A DNA stretch of 56,175 bases from Dehalococcoidia bacterium (GTDB lineage: Bacteria > Chloroflexota > Dehalococcoidia > GIF9 > JAUXIO01): assembly GCA_030620975.1 (NCBI GenBank), contig JAUXIO010000002.1:1-56175 (forward strand), written 5' to 3'. Every line of letters begins with the position of its first letter. Position 1 is the first letter of the stretch. The notes beneath the pieces are model-generated. The model had not been told where the DNA came from. It saw only the letters and a list, made by a program, of their open reading frames with translations, and searched no databases. Of the stretch, positions 8,214-20,310 are shown piece by piece. The position numbers and the translations under genes are program-made.

Positions 8214-8648
8214 TTACTCGGCCAAAAATTGGCGAATGCCATAATGGTTGTCTTTTTCTAAAAGGCGACTCAAGGTCCGATGCGATAGAGGAGGCAAACC
8301 AACGCGGTATGCACCTAACCGAGTTGCTATCTCCCGAACGCTTAATGGCTGATTCCCATTGGCGAGGAAGAGGCGAAATATCGCCTCCAAGATGGGCAGC
8401 TTGGGGGCAATAAAATTTGGGGCTTTTGAACAACAATCCTTAATGGTACCCAATAAAGAGTCGGGGGTTACTGCTTCCAGTTCACTCTCCAATCGTTTAC
8501 TGCAAGCTGGACATAAGCAGTGCCAGGCAATGGTGATAAAAGAACGATTATTTTCCTCAAGCCAGGCTGAGGCAATAAAATAACGTTGCTCCTCCTGGTT
8601 ATCAATAAGTTCTTCTACTTCAAGCTCTTCTGTTTCCATAAATTCCAC
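8214..8648 (-). CDS. Hypothetical protein with an acidic N-terminus and Cys-containing core
   Basis: 144-aa ORF (an ATG start at 8639 is also possible). WHCLCPACSKRL...DCCSKAP. Abuts the upstream DUF362-like gene. Confidence 0.6.
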   Translation of the reverse strand: MEFMETEELEVEELIDNQEEQRYFIASAWLEENNRSFITIAWHCLCPACSKRLESELEAVTPDSLLGTIKDCCSKAPNFIAPKLPILEAIFRLFLANGNQPLSVREIATRLGAYRVGLPPLSHRTLSRLLEKDNHYGIRQFLAE

Positions 8649-9385
8649 TACTGATTTTCGAGCTGAAGCTTACCAACTTCAATTAACTCCAAATACTCCA
8701 AATCAAGCCCTGCGATCTTCGAAGCTTCTCGGTCAATTTCATATGGCTCGCCGACAAGAATCTTCCCATATTCCTCCACCATACCCTCCCTTACATTGTC
8801 CATGCCAAAAAACCTCTTGCGAGCATCAATAATGCCCAAATCAAAAGGCAAGGTAAAATACAGATCAGCAATCACCTTGTCTATTCCCAAATCGTATAAA
8901 GCCCCCCAGCCACCAGGCGTTTCTCCCCGGTACTTAGCCACTGGCAATAAACGCAAAAGGTTCCTAATGCTAAAACAGCCGCTCCTGCCCAATACCTTAA
9001 ATGGGGCAATGCTAATTAGATAGTCGCTGGATAAGACCACATTGGGTATCCAGAAAGTAGGTATGGCGAAGGGATGGGGAAGCGGATTTTCCACCTCTAC
9101 CCAAATGCAATCCCTGACATCTAACATGAGTACTCGAGGAAAATCATAACCCAAAGCTTGATATGTCGGATAAATAGAATCGCCGCTTGGATTCCCTTCA
9201 AGAATAAGAATATCAGCTTCGCTAACTCGCCTGATCCCCTCGACTACTAAATTCAAGGTTTCGCGACTAGTGGTTGCCGGATGAGGCAAAGGATAAGAGG
9301 CATCGGGCTTGACTAAAACTCGCCTCGCCCGAGAAACCGAAGGTGCTGGCGTAAAAGTGAACTTGGAAGCTTCTTCAATCATCAT
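8648..9385 (-). CDS. DUF362-like domain protein
   Basis: 245 aa. RRVLVKPDASYPLPHPATTSRETLNLVVEGIRRVSEADILILEGN resembles the DUF362 N-terminal pattern (vlIKPN...tT.p.vv.avv..l). Assignment is from memory. Confidence 0.6.
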   Translation of the reverse strand: MMIEEASKFTFTPAPSVSRARRVLVKPDASYPLPHPATTSRETLNLVVEGIRRVSEADILILEGNPSGDSIYPTYQALGYDFPRVLMLDVRDCIWVEVENPLPHPFAIPTFWIPNVVLSSDYLISIAPFKVLGRSGCFSIRNLLRLLPVAKYRGETPGGWGALYDLGIDKVIADLYFTLPFDLGIIDARKRFFGMDNVREGMVEEYGKILVGEPYEIDREASKIAGLDLEYLELIEVGKLQLENQ

Positions 9386-9666
9386 CTACTCTCTAAAGCA
9401 ACTATCGGCCTTTGTTTCCAAACGGATATCAGCGCCGTTTATCTACTCAATTCCACTCAACGCCAATAAAATAAATGTTAACCGCATAGCAAAAATTAAT
9501 ATCTAGAAAGCTTCATTATACCACTAATTTTGGTCATAATGAGCAAAACAAAGCTAAAAAGGATAAAAATTTAAAATTATTAACTAAGATCAATCATGAG
9601 CTGCACTCAAGTTTTTTTGTGAGACTAGGAGGGGAAGTAAGCTAACTCTGGGTAGTTACCTTCCAT

Positions 9667-10314
9667 TCACAGCGCCGGCTCCAGAACTACAATCTCGCTC
9701 GTGGTTGGCAGCGTTTTAGGCATGAACTCCACTTCACTGGAATCCACTCTTCTCACATTCTCCTTCCCCACAAGGAAATCTTCCACGCCAGCTATAGGAT
9801 AATCGCACTTAACAGACTTAAAGTGCATGGGAATAATAACCCTGGGCTTTAGGTTGCTGCACAGTTGAGTAGCCACGCTGGCATCAATGGTAAAAAGGCC
9901 GCCCACCGGGATAAGCAGTATATCCACATCGCCAATCTCCCCAATCTGCTCCAAGCTAAGCTGATGACCCAAGTCACCCAAGTGACAAAACTCTATTCCA
10001 TCTATGGCAAAACAAAATATGGTGTTATGACCTCGTTGCTTTCCTCCAGCCTCATCGTGATAGCTGGAAATACCTTTAAACTGAATCCCACGGCTGCTCT
10101 TCGCGCCATCGCCTCTGATTACCTCCGGCTTCCCTCTCACCGCTGAAACATTATTGTGGTCATCATGCTCATGACTCACAGTTACAATGTCAGCGGTCTC
10201 AGTTATGGGGGAATACCTAATACCACCGCCTACGGCGTAAGGGTCGGTGAGCATCCTGGTACCAGACTCAGAGGTAATCAAGAAACAGGAATGACCTAAC
10301 CACCTTATCTTCAT
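9667..10314 (-). CDS. MBL-fold metallo-hydrolase
   Basis: MKIRWLGHSCFLI..., VTVSHEHDDHNN (HxHxDH). GGAGG lies 7 nt upstream of the ATG at 10314. Confidence 0.88.
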   Translation of the reverse strand: MKIRWLGHSCFLITSESGTRMLTDPYAVGGGIRYSPITETADIVTVSHEHDDHNNVSAVRGKPEVIRGDGAKSSRGIQFKGISSYHDEAGGKQRGHNTIFCFAIDGIEFCHLGDLGHQLSLEQIGEIGDVDILLIPVGGLFTIDASVATQLCSNLKPRVIIPMHFKSVKCDYPIAGVEDFLVGKENVRRVDSSEVEFMPKTLPTTSEIVVLEPAL

Positions 10315-10333
10315 AATCAAACCTCCCCAGAGT

Positions 10334-11845
10334 CTACTTGGCAAAAGAGAGGGCCAGATTAATCAGAGTTCGCACCCCAGTACCGGTAGCCCCCTTCACC
10401 AAATAAGCCCTCTCCTCATCGCTGCGGAAAGTGCCGGCTATATCCATATGTACCCAGGGGACATCGCCAGTAAATTCAGCCAAAAAAAGAGCAGCGGTAA
10501 TGGCACCAGCAAATCTACCGCCGGAATTTTTAATGTCAGCAACTTCGCTCTTATTCTGCTCTTTATAATCCTCATGCATGGGCATTTGCCATAGGCGCTC
10601 CCCAGCTTCACTACCGACTTTAATCATCCTATCTACCAACTCCTGATTGTTACCAAAAACGCCGCTGTAGATACCGCCCAGAGCCACGCGGCAAGCTCCA
10701 GTTAAGGTAGCTACATCCACCAGCGGTGACAGTCCCTGCTTCACGGCGTAACTTAAAGCATCAGCCAAAATGAGCCTTCCCTCAGCGTCGGTATTTACCA
10801 CCTCTATGGTTTTACCATTCATCGCCCTTATTACATCGCCCGGCTTCAAAGCACTGCCGCCAGGTAGGTTTTCGGTGGCTGGAATGATGACAGTCACATT
10901 AATTCTGGGCTTTAGCTGCGCAATGGCACTCAACGCCGCCATAACCATAGCGCCACCGGACATGTCTCCCTTCATCTCACCCATGCCCTCTGAGGGCTTA
11001 ATAGATATTCCTCCAGAATCAAAAGTTATCCCCTTACCAATAAAGCCCAAGTTAGTTTGCGAAGTTCCATCTCCTTTGTAGCTAAGAATTATCAGCTTTG
11101 GCGGCTGATGACTGCCCTGAGCTACCCCCAGAAGTGCCCCCATCCCCATCTCCTCCATTTGCTCCCGTTCCAAAACGCTAAGTTCCATGCCATAAGTCTC
11201 AGCCAACATCTTCGCCATTTCTGTCATACGAGTCGGCGTCATATAGTTAGCCGGCTCATTGGCCATATCCCGAGCCAGATTGGTAGCCTCCGCCATTACT
11301 CTTCCTCGAAAGATGCCGTCTTCTACAGCCGAAAGCTTACTTTCCTGCCTCTCCACCAGCAATATCTCTTTAATATCCTTGAACTCAGGCTCCTTAGTCA
11401 TGTGCCTGCGGAAGCTATAAAGTCCAAGAAGACTACCTTCCACTATTGCTTGAACTGACGCTCTGGGTTCAAGCCCAGCAATACCAGCTCCATGAATAAT
11501 GGTAGCTATCCGCTGGCAATTTAATTTTCTCAAATAACGACAAAACTCGGCAGCTATACACCGAACCCTGTCAAAGTCAAATTCCTTCCTATCACCCAGT
11601 CCGACAACAGCCACTATCCCCGCTGGAAGTTTGCCCATAGTGTGTATAATATTGACTTCTTTAAACTTGCCCTTTATCTCACCCCGACTGATGAGCTGGC
11701 TAACGATGCCGCCCAATGCTTTGTCAACAGCACCGGTGGCACCAGCTGGCTGCTTTACCCCCTCAAAGAGATTAACCACAATCGCATCGGCCTCAATCTG
11801 AGTAATATCACCAACTACAGCTTTGATCTTCAACTTCACCTCCAA
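10334..11845 (-). CDS. pepA: Leucyl aminopeptidase (M17)
   Basis: NTDAEGRLILADAL, GKGITFDSGGISIKP and MKGDMSGGA motifs. The true start may be a TTG 12 nt downstream. Confidence 0.95.
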   Translation of the reverse strand: MEVKLKIKAVVGDITQIEADAIVVNLFEGVKQPAGATGAVDKALGGIVSQLISRGEIKGKFKEVNIIHTMGKLPAGIVAVVGLGDRKEFDFDRVRCIAAEFCRYLRKLNCQRIATIIHGAGIAGLEPRASVQAIVEGSLLGLYSFRRHMTKEPEFKDIKEILLVERQESKLSAVEDGIFRGRVMAEATNLARDMANEPANYMTPTRMTEMAKMLAETYGMELSVLEREQMEEMGMGALLGVAQGSHQPPKLIILSYKGDGTSQTNLGFIGKGITFDSGGISIKPSEGMGEMKGDMSGGAMVMAALSAIAQLKPRINVTVIIPATENLPGGSALKPGDVIRAMNGKTIEVVNTDAEGRLILADALSYAVKQGLSPLVDVATLTGACRVALGGIYSGVFGNNQELVDRMIKVGSEAGERLWQMPMHEDYKEQNKSEVADIKNSGGRFAGAITAALFLAEFTGDVPWVHMDIAGTFRSDEERAYLVKGATGTGVRTLINLALSFAK

Positions 11846-11945
11846 AAAACCAGCCTATTCTCTAGTTCCGCTGATTTTCATTGACCGGAAACATCTTTAT
11901 TCTATCCCATCCCCCCACAGACTGAAAGAGCTCCCCCACCCTCTC

Positions 11946-12548
11946 CTATCGCTTTATCGCCCGCTCAATCTTGTCAATCACAGGAGCAATGTCCCGTGAA
12001 GTGTCCACCGCAAAATAGTTACGCCGAATTCTCTCCGCCGCGGGCTTCATCTTCTGATAAACCTCCCACTCGGCATCCGAGTTATCTTCTCGACTAACTT
12101 CCAGCTTGCGAGCCTGAAGGCGCCGACGCACCACTGCCGAGGGTGCCTCCACGCTCACTAAAATGAGCCTTACCCCCGTTTTATCGGCAATATGATAAAG
12201 GCGCTCTCGGTTGCGCTCTGACAAGTTTGTGGCGTCGAAAATAAGAGGAATTCCCCTACTTAAAAGCTCCTCAATGAGGATATGACAGGCAGAAAACAGA
12301 CGGGCGCTCTCCTCACCGCTGTAACTGGGTGAGCAAAACAGAGTTTTGCGCAAAGCATCGCTCTCCAGAATGAGAAAGGGTAAACTTTCCGCCAATCTGC
12401 AACAGAAAAAAGATTTACCCGTTCCGGGCAGACCGCTCACCACCACAAAAGCTGGCTTAACCACGGCCTCGGGAAGCCGTCCTAAACTTTCCTTTAACTT
12501 AGGTACGTCGTCAATAACTTGATCGCGTTCCACTCCCTGTGTCATCAT
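11946..12548 (-). CDS. P-loop kinase / AAA-type ATP-binding protein
   Basis: Walker A GLPGTGKS; 200 aa. Overlaps the stop of the upstream ACAD gene by 4 nt. Confidence 0.7.
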   Translation of the reverse strand: MMTQGVERDQVIDDVPKLKESLGRLPEAVVKPAFVVVSGLPGTGKSFFCCRLAESLPFLILESDALRKTLFCSPSYSGEESARLFSACHILIEELLSRGIPLIFDATNLSERNRERLYHIADKTGVRLILVSVEAPSAVVRRRLQARKLEVSREDNSDAEWEVYQKMKPAAERIRRNYFAVDTSRDIAPVIDKIERAIKR

Positions 12549-13705
12549 CTCGACTGATCAAACCTTCGCCGCAGCATCACAGAAGCAATGGTTACCCTCT
12601 GCATCTGGGTTGTACCTGCGGCAACTCCCCAAGCCCAGCTATCCCTGAGCAGACGCTCTACGGGATAATCCTTGGAGTAACCATAAGCGCCGTGCACCTT
12701 GAAAGCAGCCCCGGCAACCTCAACGACCATGTCGTTAGCGAAACATTTAGCCATACTTGCTTCCAGGCGCGAGGGAAATCCCTCACCGCCGTTAGCCACT
12801 GCCCTGTACACAAGCAAACGTGCTGCCTCCAAATTCATAAGCATATCGGCCAGCAAAAATTGAATTGCCTGGAACTCACAGATATCCTTGCCAAACTGCT
12901 TCCTTTGCTGCGAGTATTTCATCGCCTCATCCAGCGCCGCCTGGGCGATCCCCAAAGACACGGCAGCATTGCCACAGCGCTGAAGGTCCAGAGCGCTCAT
13001 GAGCTTCCCAAATCCTCCCTGCTCAACTAAGAGATTTTCCCTGGGTACCTGACAATTGTTGAAAATAAGGTCATGCATATCCACGCCATTAAGTCCCATA
13101 AGTCTTTCTTGTTTGCCAAAAGAAAGTCCCGGACTTCCACTATCAACTATCAAGCCGCCAATGCCCCTGGCCCCCTTTTCCTCACCAAATCTGAGCCAAA
13201 CTACATAGGCACCAGCCTTACCGCCAGTTATAATAAAGTGCTTAACGCCATTGACAACGTAGCGGTCGCCATCAAGTATGGCTTGAGTAGTCATATCAGT
13301 CGCCGCCGAACCGGATTCGGGCTCAGTTACACCTATAGCTATCTCCATCTCACCGCGGGAGGCTGCAGTGAGATATTTCCGCTTTTGCTCCTCAGTGCCA
13401 AAGTGCTCAATAGCTTTTATTGGACCCACACCCGCCTCAAATACCGGCCAAGTTGCCAAAAGTGAAACTCGGGCAAATTCCTCCACGGCCAGAATGCAAT
13501 CAAGGTTACTTCGCCCCTGTCCACCGTACTCCACAGGAAGGGGTATACCCAAAAAACCAAGCTCAGCCAACCTCTTCATAACTTCCTCTGACGGAAATTT
13601 ACCGCTAATCTCCCACTCATCTACCTTGGGCTTAAACTCCTTCTCAGCTACCTCGCCTATGTTCTGCTTCAACATCTTCTGTGCCTCAGTTAACTGAAAA
13701 TCCAC
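12545..13705 (-). CDS. Acyl-CoA dehydrogenase
   Basis: 386 aa. GVTEPESGSAATDMTT, the C-terminal QFGKDICEFQAIQFLLADM, and YGYSKDYPVERLLRD are typical ACAD motifs. Confidence 0.93.
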   Translation of the reverse strand: MDFQLTEAQKMLKQNIGEVAEKEFKPKVDEWEISGKFPSEEVMKRLAELGFLGIPLPVEYGGQGRSNLDCILAVEEFARVSLLATWPVFEAGVGPIKAIEHFGTEEQKRKYLTAASRGEMEIAIGVTEPESGSAATDMTTQAILDGDRYVVNGVKHFIITGGKAGAYVVWLRFGEEKGARGIGGLIVDSGSPGLSFGKQERLMGLNGVDMHDLIFNNCQVPRENLLVEQGGFGKLMSALDLQRCGNAAVSLGIAQAALDEAMKYSQQRKQFGKDICEFQAIQFLLADMLMNLEAARLLVYRAVANGGEGFPSRLEASMAKCFANDMVVEVAGAAFKVHGAYGYSKDYPVERLLRDSWAWGVAAGTTQMQRVTIASVMLRRRFDQSR

Positions 13706-13905
13706 TTTTTAACCTCCTTGCTATTTCGTATTAATTAAAATCGCAAAAAGCTTTCACAGCATTATACCGTTTTGGCACAGCAAAGGGTATAAGAATCCAG
13801 GTCTATAAGCAGAGATTAACAAACAATTCTAAAGAAGTATAAACGCCCAAGCTTTAATAACCACTCAGATAAAATTTAATTCTCGAAAGAGGCTGCTCTG
13901 ACCGC

Positions 13906-13934
13906 TTGCATTATAATAATTAAAGTAATATAAT
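13906..13934 (+). promoter_or_regulatory. Promoter candidate of the pyr operon
   Basis: TTGCAT (13906-13911), 17-nt spacer, TATAAT (13929-13934). Confidence 0.55.
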
Positions 13935-13944
13935 ATCTCGCGAG

Positions 13945-14616
<672 letters not shown>

Positions 14617-14617
<1 letters not shown>

Positions 14618-15621
14618 TGAAAGTGACAGAGCCTAACACCTCCACGGTAATGCCCGAGACTTCGCCACCTTCGCTAAAGCTTTGGCAACACAACCACATT
14701 CTTGACCTTGACAACTTCACCAAGGATGAAATAGAGCTCGTTTTTGAGACAAGCAATGCCATGAAAGAAGTGCTTAAGCGAGAAATAAAAAAGGTCCCCA
14801 CACTTCGCGGCAAAACCCTCGCCACCCTATTCTGCGAGCCAAGCACTCGCACCCGCGCTTCCTTCGAGCTAGCTGCCAAGAACCTCAGTGCTGATGTAAT
14901 TAACCTTGACGCCATAAAGAGTAGCGTAATTAAGGGAGAGTCTCTCATTGACACGCTGCGCACCTTACAGGCTATGGGTGCCGATATAATAGTAATTCGA
15001 CATTCCCAATCTGGAGCCCCCTACTTGGCGGCTCGGCATTTGAATGTGAGCATAATAAATGCCGGAGACGGCTGGCATGCTCATCCTACTCAGGCACTTC
15101 TCGACCTCTATACCATCCACCATCACCTGGGTCAATTAAACGGACTGAAAGTCGTAATTATCGGCGATATCATGCACAGTCGCGTAGCTCACTCCAATAT
15201 CTGGGGAATGAGCATCATGGGAGCAGAGGTGATACTCTGTGCACCAGCTTCACTCTTACCCTATGGCTTAAATGACTTCATTACAAATTGCCATCTTCCT
15301 CCCATTACCGTGGAACCTAAACTAGATATAGCCCTTAAAGGAGCAGATGCGATAATGCCCCTGCGCCTGCAGAAAGAGAGACAGCAAACCAATCTATTAC
15401 CCAGCCTGCGAGAATACATTCAACTCTACCAGCTTAACCAAGAGCGCTTATCCTTGGCCAAGTCACATGCCCTAGTTCTCCACCCCGGCCCGGTAAATGA
15501 GGGCATTGAAATTGCTCCTGAGGTGGCCTACGGAGCCCAATCGGTGATCGAAGAGCAAGTAACTAATGGATTGGCTATACGAATGGCTCTGCTCTATCTA
15601 ATTGTCGGAGGTAAAAGGTAG
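14617..15621 (+). CDS. pyrB: Aspartate carbamoyltransferase catalytic subunit
   Basis: [21 protein letters not shown] and HPGPVNEG motifs. ATG overlaps the pyrR stop (TAATG). Confidence 0.95.
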
Positions 15622-15626
15622 CAACA

Positions 15627-16988
15627 GTGAGCAAAATGCTACTTATCAGCGGCGGTCATCTCATCGACCCCAGCCAAGGATTAAACAAAGTTGGAGACCT
15701 ACTCGTCACCGAGGATAAAATCTCTTGGATTGGTGATAAAGGGACGGCGCCAGTCCAGCAAGGTTTCTCTATTCTTGATGCCAGTAGAATGGTAGTTTGC
15801 CCCGGCTTCATTGACCTGCACTCGCACCTCAGAGAACCCGGCTTTGAAGACAAAGAAACTATCGCCACGGGCACACAAGCAGCGGCCAGAGGCGGCTTCG
15901 CTACCATCTGCTGCATGGCCAATACTGAGCCCCCCATAGACACCAGGGCAGTTGTTGACTATGTAAAAACCAAAGCACGAGTGGCAGGGCTGGTCCGCGT
16001 CCTGCCCATAGGCTGCATCACCAAGGGAAGAAAAGGAGAGGAACTGGCTGAAATGGCCGAGCTGGCTGAGGCGGGAGTAGTTGCCTTCAGCGACGACGGT
16101 GACCCGGTAATAAACTCGTCACTTATGCGCCATGCCCTGGAGTACAGCCGAGTTTTTAGCTTACCAATTATTGACCACTGCGAAGATAGAACGCTAAGCC
16201 AAGATGGAGTCATAAACGAGGGCTGGGTATCAACGCGATTGGGATTAAAAGGAATACCGGCAGCATCTGAGGAAGCTATGGTTGCCCGTGACTTGGCGCT
16301 GGCTCAGTTAACTGGAGCTAAACTCCATATTGCCCACGCCACCACCGAGGGCTCAGTCGAGCTCATCCGTCACGCCAAAGAAAAAGGTGTCTCAGTTACC
16401 GCTGAAGTTACCCCTCATCACCTAACTCTAACCGAAGAGCGGGTCATAGGCAACCAGCTAATTCCCAAAACTTACCATCTATCAGCCACTGCCTATGATG
16501 CCAATGCCAAAGTAAATCCACCTTTACGCACCAAAAAAGATATAGCCGCATTAATCAAAGGGCTCAAAGAGGGAATAATTGATGCTATCGCCACTGACCA
16601 CGCTCCACACACTCTGGCAGATAAGATGTGTGAATTTGATTTAGCTGCCTTCGGCATCAGCGGGCTGGAAACAGCCTTTGGCTGTTTAATGAGCCTAGTA
16701 CACAATGGTGAACTAGATTTAGTAACCCTTATATCCAAGCTCACTTTTGAGCCGGCAAGAATTGTGAGGAATAAGTATGAGGAGCTGGGTAGCCTCAAGA
16801 TAGGTTCTCCAGCCGATATTACTCTCTTTGACCCTGATGAAGAATGGATAGTGGACAGCAACAACTTCGCCTCCAAAGGTAAAAATACCCCCTTCAACGG
16901 CTGTCAGTTCAAGGGCAAGGTAATGGCAACAATAGCCAGCGGCAAGATAGTCTACCAAGACAATCTAATTAAGGTTAAAGGTAACTAA
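15627..16988 (+). CDS. pyrC: Dihydroorotase
   Basis: PGFIDLHSHLREPG (HxH) and ATDHAPH; 453 aa. Confidence 0.93.
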   Translation: MSKMLLISGGHLIDPSQGLNKVGDLLVTEDKISWIGDKGTAPVQQGFSILDASRMVVCPGFIDLHSHLREPGFEDKETIATGTQAAARGGFATICCMANTEPPIDTRAVVDYVKTKARVAGLVRVLPIGCITKGRKGEELAEMAELAEAGVVAFSDDGDPVINSSLMRHALEYSRVFSLPIIDHCEDRTLSQDGVINEGWVSTRLGLKGIPAASEEAMVARDLALAQLTGAKLHIAHATTEGSVELIRHAKEKGVSVTAEVTPHHLTLTEERVIGNQLIPKTYHLSATAYDANAKVNPPLRTKKDIAALIKGLKEGIIDAIATDHAPHTLADKMCEFDLAAFGISGLETAFGCLMSLVHNGELDLVTLISKLTFEPARIVRNKYEELGSLKIGSPADITLFDPDEEWIVDSNNFASKGKNTPFNGCQFKGKVMATIASGKIVYQDNLIKVKGN

Positions 16989-17010
16989 TGAGTAAGAAAG
17001 TAAAGTAGTT

Positions 17011-20000
17011 ATGCCACAAATCTCTAAAGTTCTAGTAATCGGCTCTGGGCCGATAATTATTGGGCAGGCGGCAGAATTTGATTATGCTGGCACTCAGGCT
17101 TGTAAATCCCTCAGGGAAGAGGGAGTAACTACCGTGCTGGTAAATTCAAACCCGGCTACAATTATGACTGACGAAGGCATCGCCGACATCGTCTATATTG
17201 AGCCGCTGACCGTGGATATAATAGCTCGCATAATTGAGCGGGAGCGCCCCGACGGCTTGTTACCCACCCTTGGCGGGCAGACCGGGCTTAATCTGGCCGT
17301 AGAACTCGCCGACTCCGGGGTGCTAGATAAATATAATGTAAAACTACTGGGTACTCCCTTAGAGACAATTAGGAATGCCGAGGAGAGGTCACTGTTCAAG
17401 AAGCTAATTACGGATATCGGCGAGCCACTGCCCGAAAGCGCCACGGTACACTCGGTCGAGGAAGCCAAAGAACTGGCAAGAACCATCGGTTTGCCCCTCA
17501 TCGTTCGCCCCTCCTACACGCTGGGCGGTAGCGGCGGTGGCATCGCTCATAACCTGGAGGCATTGGAAACCTTCGTCACTGGAGGGCTGGCTGCCAGCAT
17601 GACTCATGAGGTCTTGGTAGAGAAATGCCTTTTGGGCTGGAAGGAGATTGAATACGAGGTGATGCGGGACGCCGCTGACAGTTGCATCACCATCTGCAAT
17701 ATGGAAAATATCGACCCAATGGGCATACATACCGGTGACAGCATCGTCGTAGCACCAAGCCAGACACTCACCGATAAAGAGCATCAAATGCTCAGGTCAG
17801 CCAGTCTTAAAATCATCCGCGCCCTGGGCATTGAGGGCGGTTGCAATATCCAGTTCGCCCTCAATGCCAATCCAGTAGTTGCCGAGAAATGGTCACCAGA
17901 ACTACAAATAAACAGTAGCGAATATTATGTCATCGAAGTTAATCCCCGCGTCAGCCGCAGTTCAGCCCTAGCCAGCAAAGCCACCGGCTACCCCATCGCC
18001 CGGGTTGCCGCCAAAATAGCCATAGGAAAAAGACTTGATGAAATTCCAAACCGGATAACTGGCAAAACTATGGCAGCCTTTGAACCAGCGCTAGACTACT
18101 GTGTAGTCAAGATTCCGCGCTGGCCATTTGATAAATTTGCCTCGGGCGACCGCACCATCAGCAGTCAAATGAAAGCCACCGGCGAGGTAATGGCCATCGA
18201 TAGGTGTTTTGAAGCAGCTCTACAAAAGGCGGTTCGCTCCCTCGAGTTCGGTAAGAAATCTCTCCTGTGGGAAGACGCCACCTGGGGAAAAGAAGCAGGA
18301 CTTGACTCTTACCCCCTACATCCAAATGACCTGAGACTATGGGCAATTATGGCAGCACTGAGGCGAGGAGCTAGCCCTGAAGAGCTCTCTCAGCATACCG
18401 CCATTGACCCTTGGTTCATATATAAACTTTTGAACATCGTCCAGATGGAGCATCGGCTTTTGTCCGAGTCGCTGAAGCCCGAGTTTCTGTGGCAAGCAAA
18501 ACGCCTGGGCTTCTCAGACGAACAGATTGGAACTTTGGCTGATAGATTGCCGGAGCAGGTGAGACAGCTCCGCCACAGCTGGCACATCCGTCCAGCATAT
18601 AGAATGGTGGATACCTGCGCTGCTGAATTTGACGCCCAAACTCCTTATTTCTACAGTACTTATGAAAAGGAGAATGAAGCACAACCGCTGGAGAAGAAAA
18701 AGGCTGTGGTTATTGGCAGCGGCCCAATACGCATCGGCCAAGGGATCGAATTTGATTATTGCTGCGTCCACTCCAGTTGGGCACTCCAAGAAGCGGGTAT
18801 CAAAAGTATTATGGTCAACTCCAATCCAGAAACAGTTTCCACCGACTTCGATACCAGCGACCGCCTCTACTTCGAAGTCCTAGACGAAGAAAGCCTGCGA
18901 GATATACTTGAAAATGAGAATCAAACACCTTCACCAGCTTCCGATTCCATCTCACCTTCTATTGTTCAGTTTGGTGGACAAACAGCCATTAACCTGGCTG
19001 AATCTCTAGCTTATAACGGCCTGCCCATATGCGGCTCCAGTGCTGAGGTCATAGATATTGCCGAAGACCGCCACCGCTTTGAAGAATTCCTCAACCGCTT
19101 GGGTATTCCTCAACCGCCTGGAGCTGGTATAACCTCCTTGGAGCCGGCACTTGATGTGGCAAAATTGCTTGGTTACCCCGTGCTAGTACGTCCCAGCTAT
19201 GTCCTTGGCGGCAGAGCTATGGAAATTGTGCATAACGAAAGTGAGCTAATACGTTATGTATCATCAGCTCTAGAGCTAGGTAGTCAACACCCTATCCTCA
19301 TTGACAAATATCTCCAGGGTAAGGAGACTGAAGTAGACGCCATCAGCGATGGAGAGCAAGTGCTTATCCCCGGTATCATGGAGCATATTGAGCGTGCCGG
19401 CGTGCACAGCGGCGACTCAATAGCCGTCTATCCCGGAGTTAACCTCACCGAATCGGAGGTAAATACCATCGTTGATTACGCAACAAGAATTGGCTTGGCA
19501 CTCCAGATCAAAGGGCTGATGAATATCCAGTTCGTAATTGTGCCCCAGAAGGAAAAAAGTGGCTCCCAGTCCTCAGTCTATATCCTGGAGGTAAATCCCC
19601 GAGCCAGCCGAACCATCCCCTTCATCTCCAAAGTAACCGGTGTACCTATGGTTCGGATCGCCACTAAAGTAATGTTAGGTATTACCCTTAAAGAGCAAGG
19701 CTATAATGGCGGCTTGTGGAGAAGGCAGAAGCTAATAGGCATCAAAGCCCCCGTCTTTTCCATGGCAAAGTTAGCCGGGGTAGACACTTACTTGGGCCCC
19801 GAGATGAAATCTACTGGCGAAGTCATGGGAATTGATTACACCTTTGAAGCTGCCTTAACTAAGGCGCTTATCGCCGCAGGGCTAATGCTTCCTCCCCAGG
19901 GCAGCATTCTATTTAGCATCGCCGACAGAGACAAAGCTGAAGCTCTACCCCTAGTTAAGAGCCTTTATTCTCTGGGTTGCCGACTTTATGCCACAGAAGG

Positions 20001-20310
20001 CACTGCGACTATGATTAAGGCATCTGGAATTTCAGTAAAAATGATTGGCAAGAAATTGGGCGAAGGGCACCCAAATGTTGTTGACATCATCAATGATGGC
20101 TCTGTGGATGGAGTAATTAATACTATCACCGGAGGACGTATCCCACTCCAGGACGGGTTTTATATCCGACGCGCTGCCAGTGAAAAGAGAATTCCCTGCT
20201 TTACTTCCCTGGATACCGCCCGAGTAGCCATAGAGGCGCTAATTAATGGCAACCAGGCCCTCAGCGTTCAACGACTGCAAGAATATCTAACAAAACACAG
20301 GAAGAATTGA
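17011..20310 (+). CDS. carB: Carbamoyl-phosphate synthase large subunit
   Basis: 1099 aa. Duplicated ATP-grasp halves ([21 protein letters not shown] and [20 protein letters not shown]) and a C-terminal MGS-like domain. Confidence 0.97.
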   Translation: MPQISKVLVIGSGPIIIGQAAEFDYAGTQACKSLREEGVTTVLVNSNPATIMTDEGIADIVYIEPLTVDIIARIIERERPDGLLPTLGGQTGLNLAVELADSGVLDKYNVKLLGTPLETIRNAEERSLFKKLITDIGEPLPESATVHSVEEAKELARTIGLPLIVRPSYTLGGSGGGIAHNLEALETFVTGGLAASMTHEVLVEKCLLGWKEIEYEVMRDAADSCITICNMENIDPMGIHTGDSIVVAPSQTLTDKEHQMLRSASLKIIRALGIEGGCNIQFALNANPVVAEKWSPELQINSSEYYVIEVNPRVSRSSALASKATGYPIARVAAKIAIGKRLDEIPNRITGKTMAAFEPALDYCVVKIPRWPFDKFASGDRTISSQMKATGEVMAIDRCFEAALQKAVRSLEFGKKSLLWEDATWGKEAGLDSYPLHPNDLRLWAIMAALRRGASPEELSQHTAIDPWFIYKLLNIVQMEHRLLSESLKPEFLWQAKRLGFSDEQIGTLADRLPEQVRQLRHSWHIRPAYRMVDTCAAEFDAQTPYFYSTYEKENEAQPLEKKKAVVIGSGPIRIGQGIEFDYCCVHSSWALQEAGIKSIMVNSNPETVSTDFDTSDRLYFEVLDEESLRDILENENQTPSPASDSISPSIVQFGGQTAINLAESLAYNGLPICGSSAEVIDIAEDRHRFEEFLNRLGIPQPPGAGITSLEPALDVAKLLGYPVLVRPSYVLGGRAMEIVHNESELIRYVSSALELGSQHPILIDKYLQGKETEVDAISDGEQVLIPGIMEHIERAGVHSGDSIAVYPGVNLTESEVNTIVDYATRIGLALQIKGLMNIQFVIVPQKEKSGSQSSVYILEVNPRASRTIPFISKVTGVPMVRIATKVMLGITLKEQGYNGGLWRRQKLIGIKAPVFSMAKLAGVDTYLGPEMKSTGEVMGIDYTFEAALTKALIAAGLMLPPQGSILFSIADRDKAEALPLVKSLYSLGCRLYATEGTATMIKASGISVKMIGKKLGEGHPNVVDIINDGSVDGVINTITGGRIPLQDGFYIRRAASEKRIPCFTSLDTARVAIEALINGNQALSVQRLQEYLTKHRKN

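Noticed and set aside
9386-9666. Very AT-rich 280-bp intergenic region, considered as oriC/DUE
   Set aside because: There is no dnaA or dnaN nearby, and I found no TTATCCACA-type boxes (only one partial TTATCC). It is more simply the promoter/UTR region of the DUF362 operon.
12539-13697. Three plus-strand ORFs (163, 130 and 109 aa) opposite the acyl-CoA dehydrogenase gene
   Set aside because: They are shadow ORFs antisense to a strongly supported ACAD, with no recognisable motifs.
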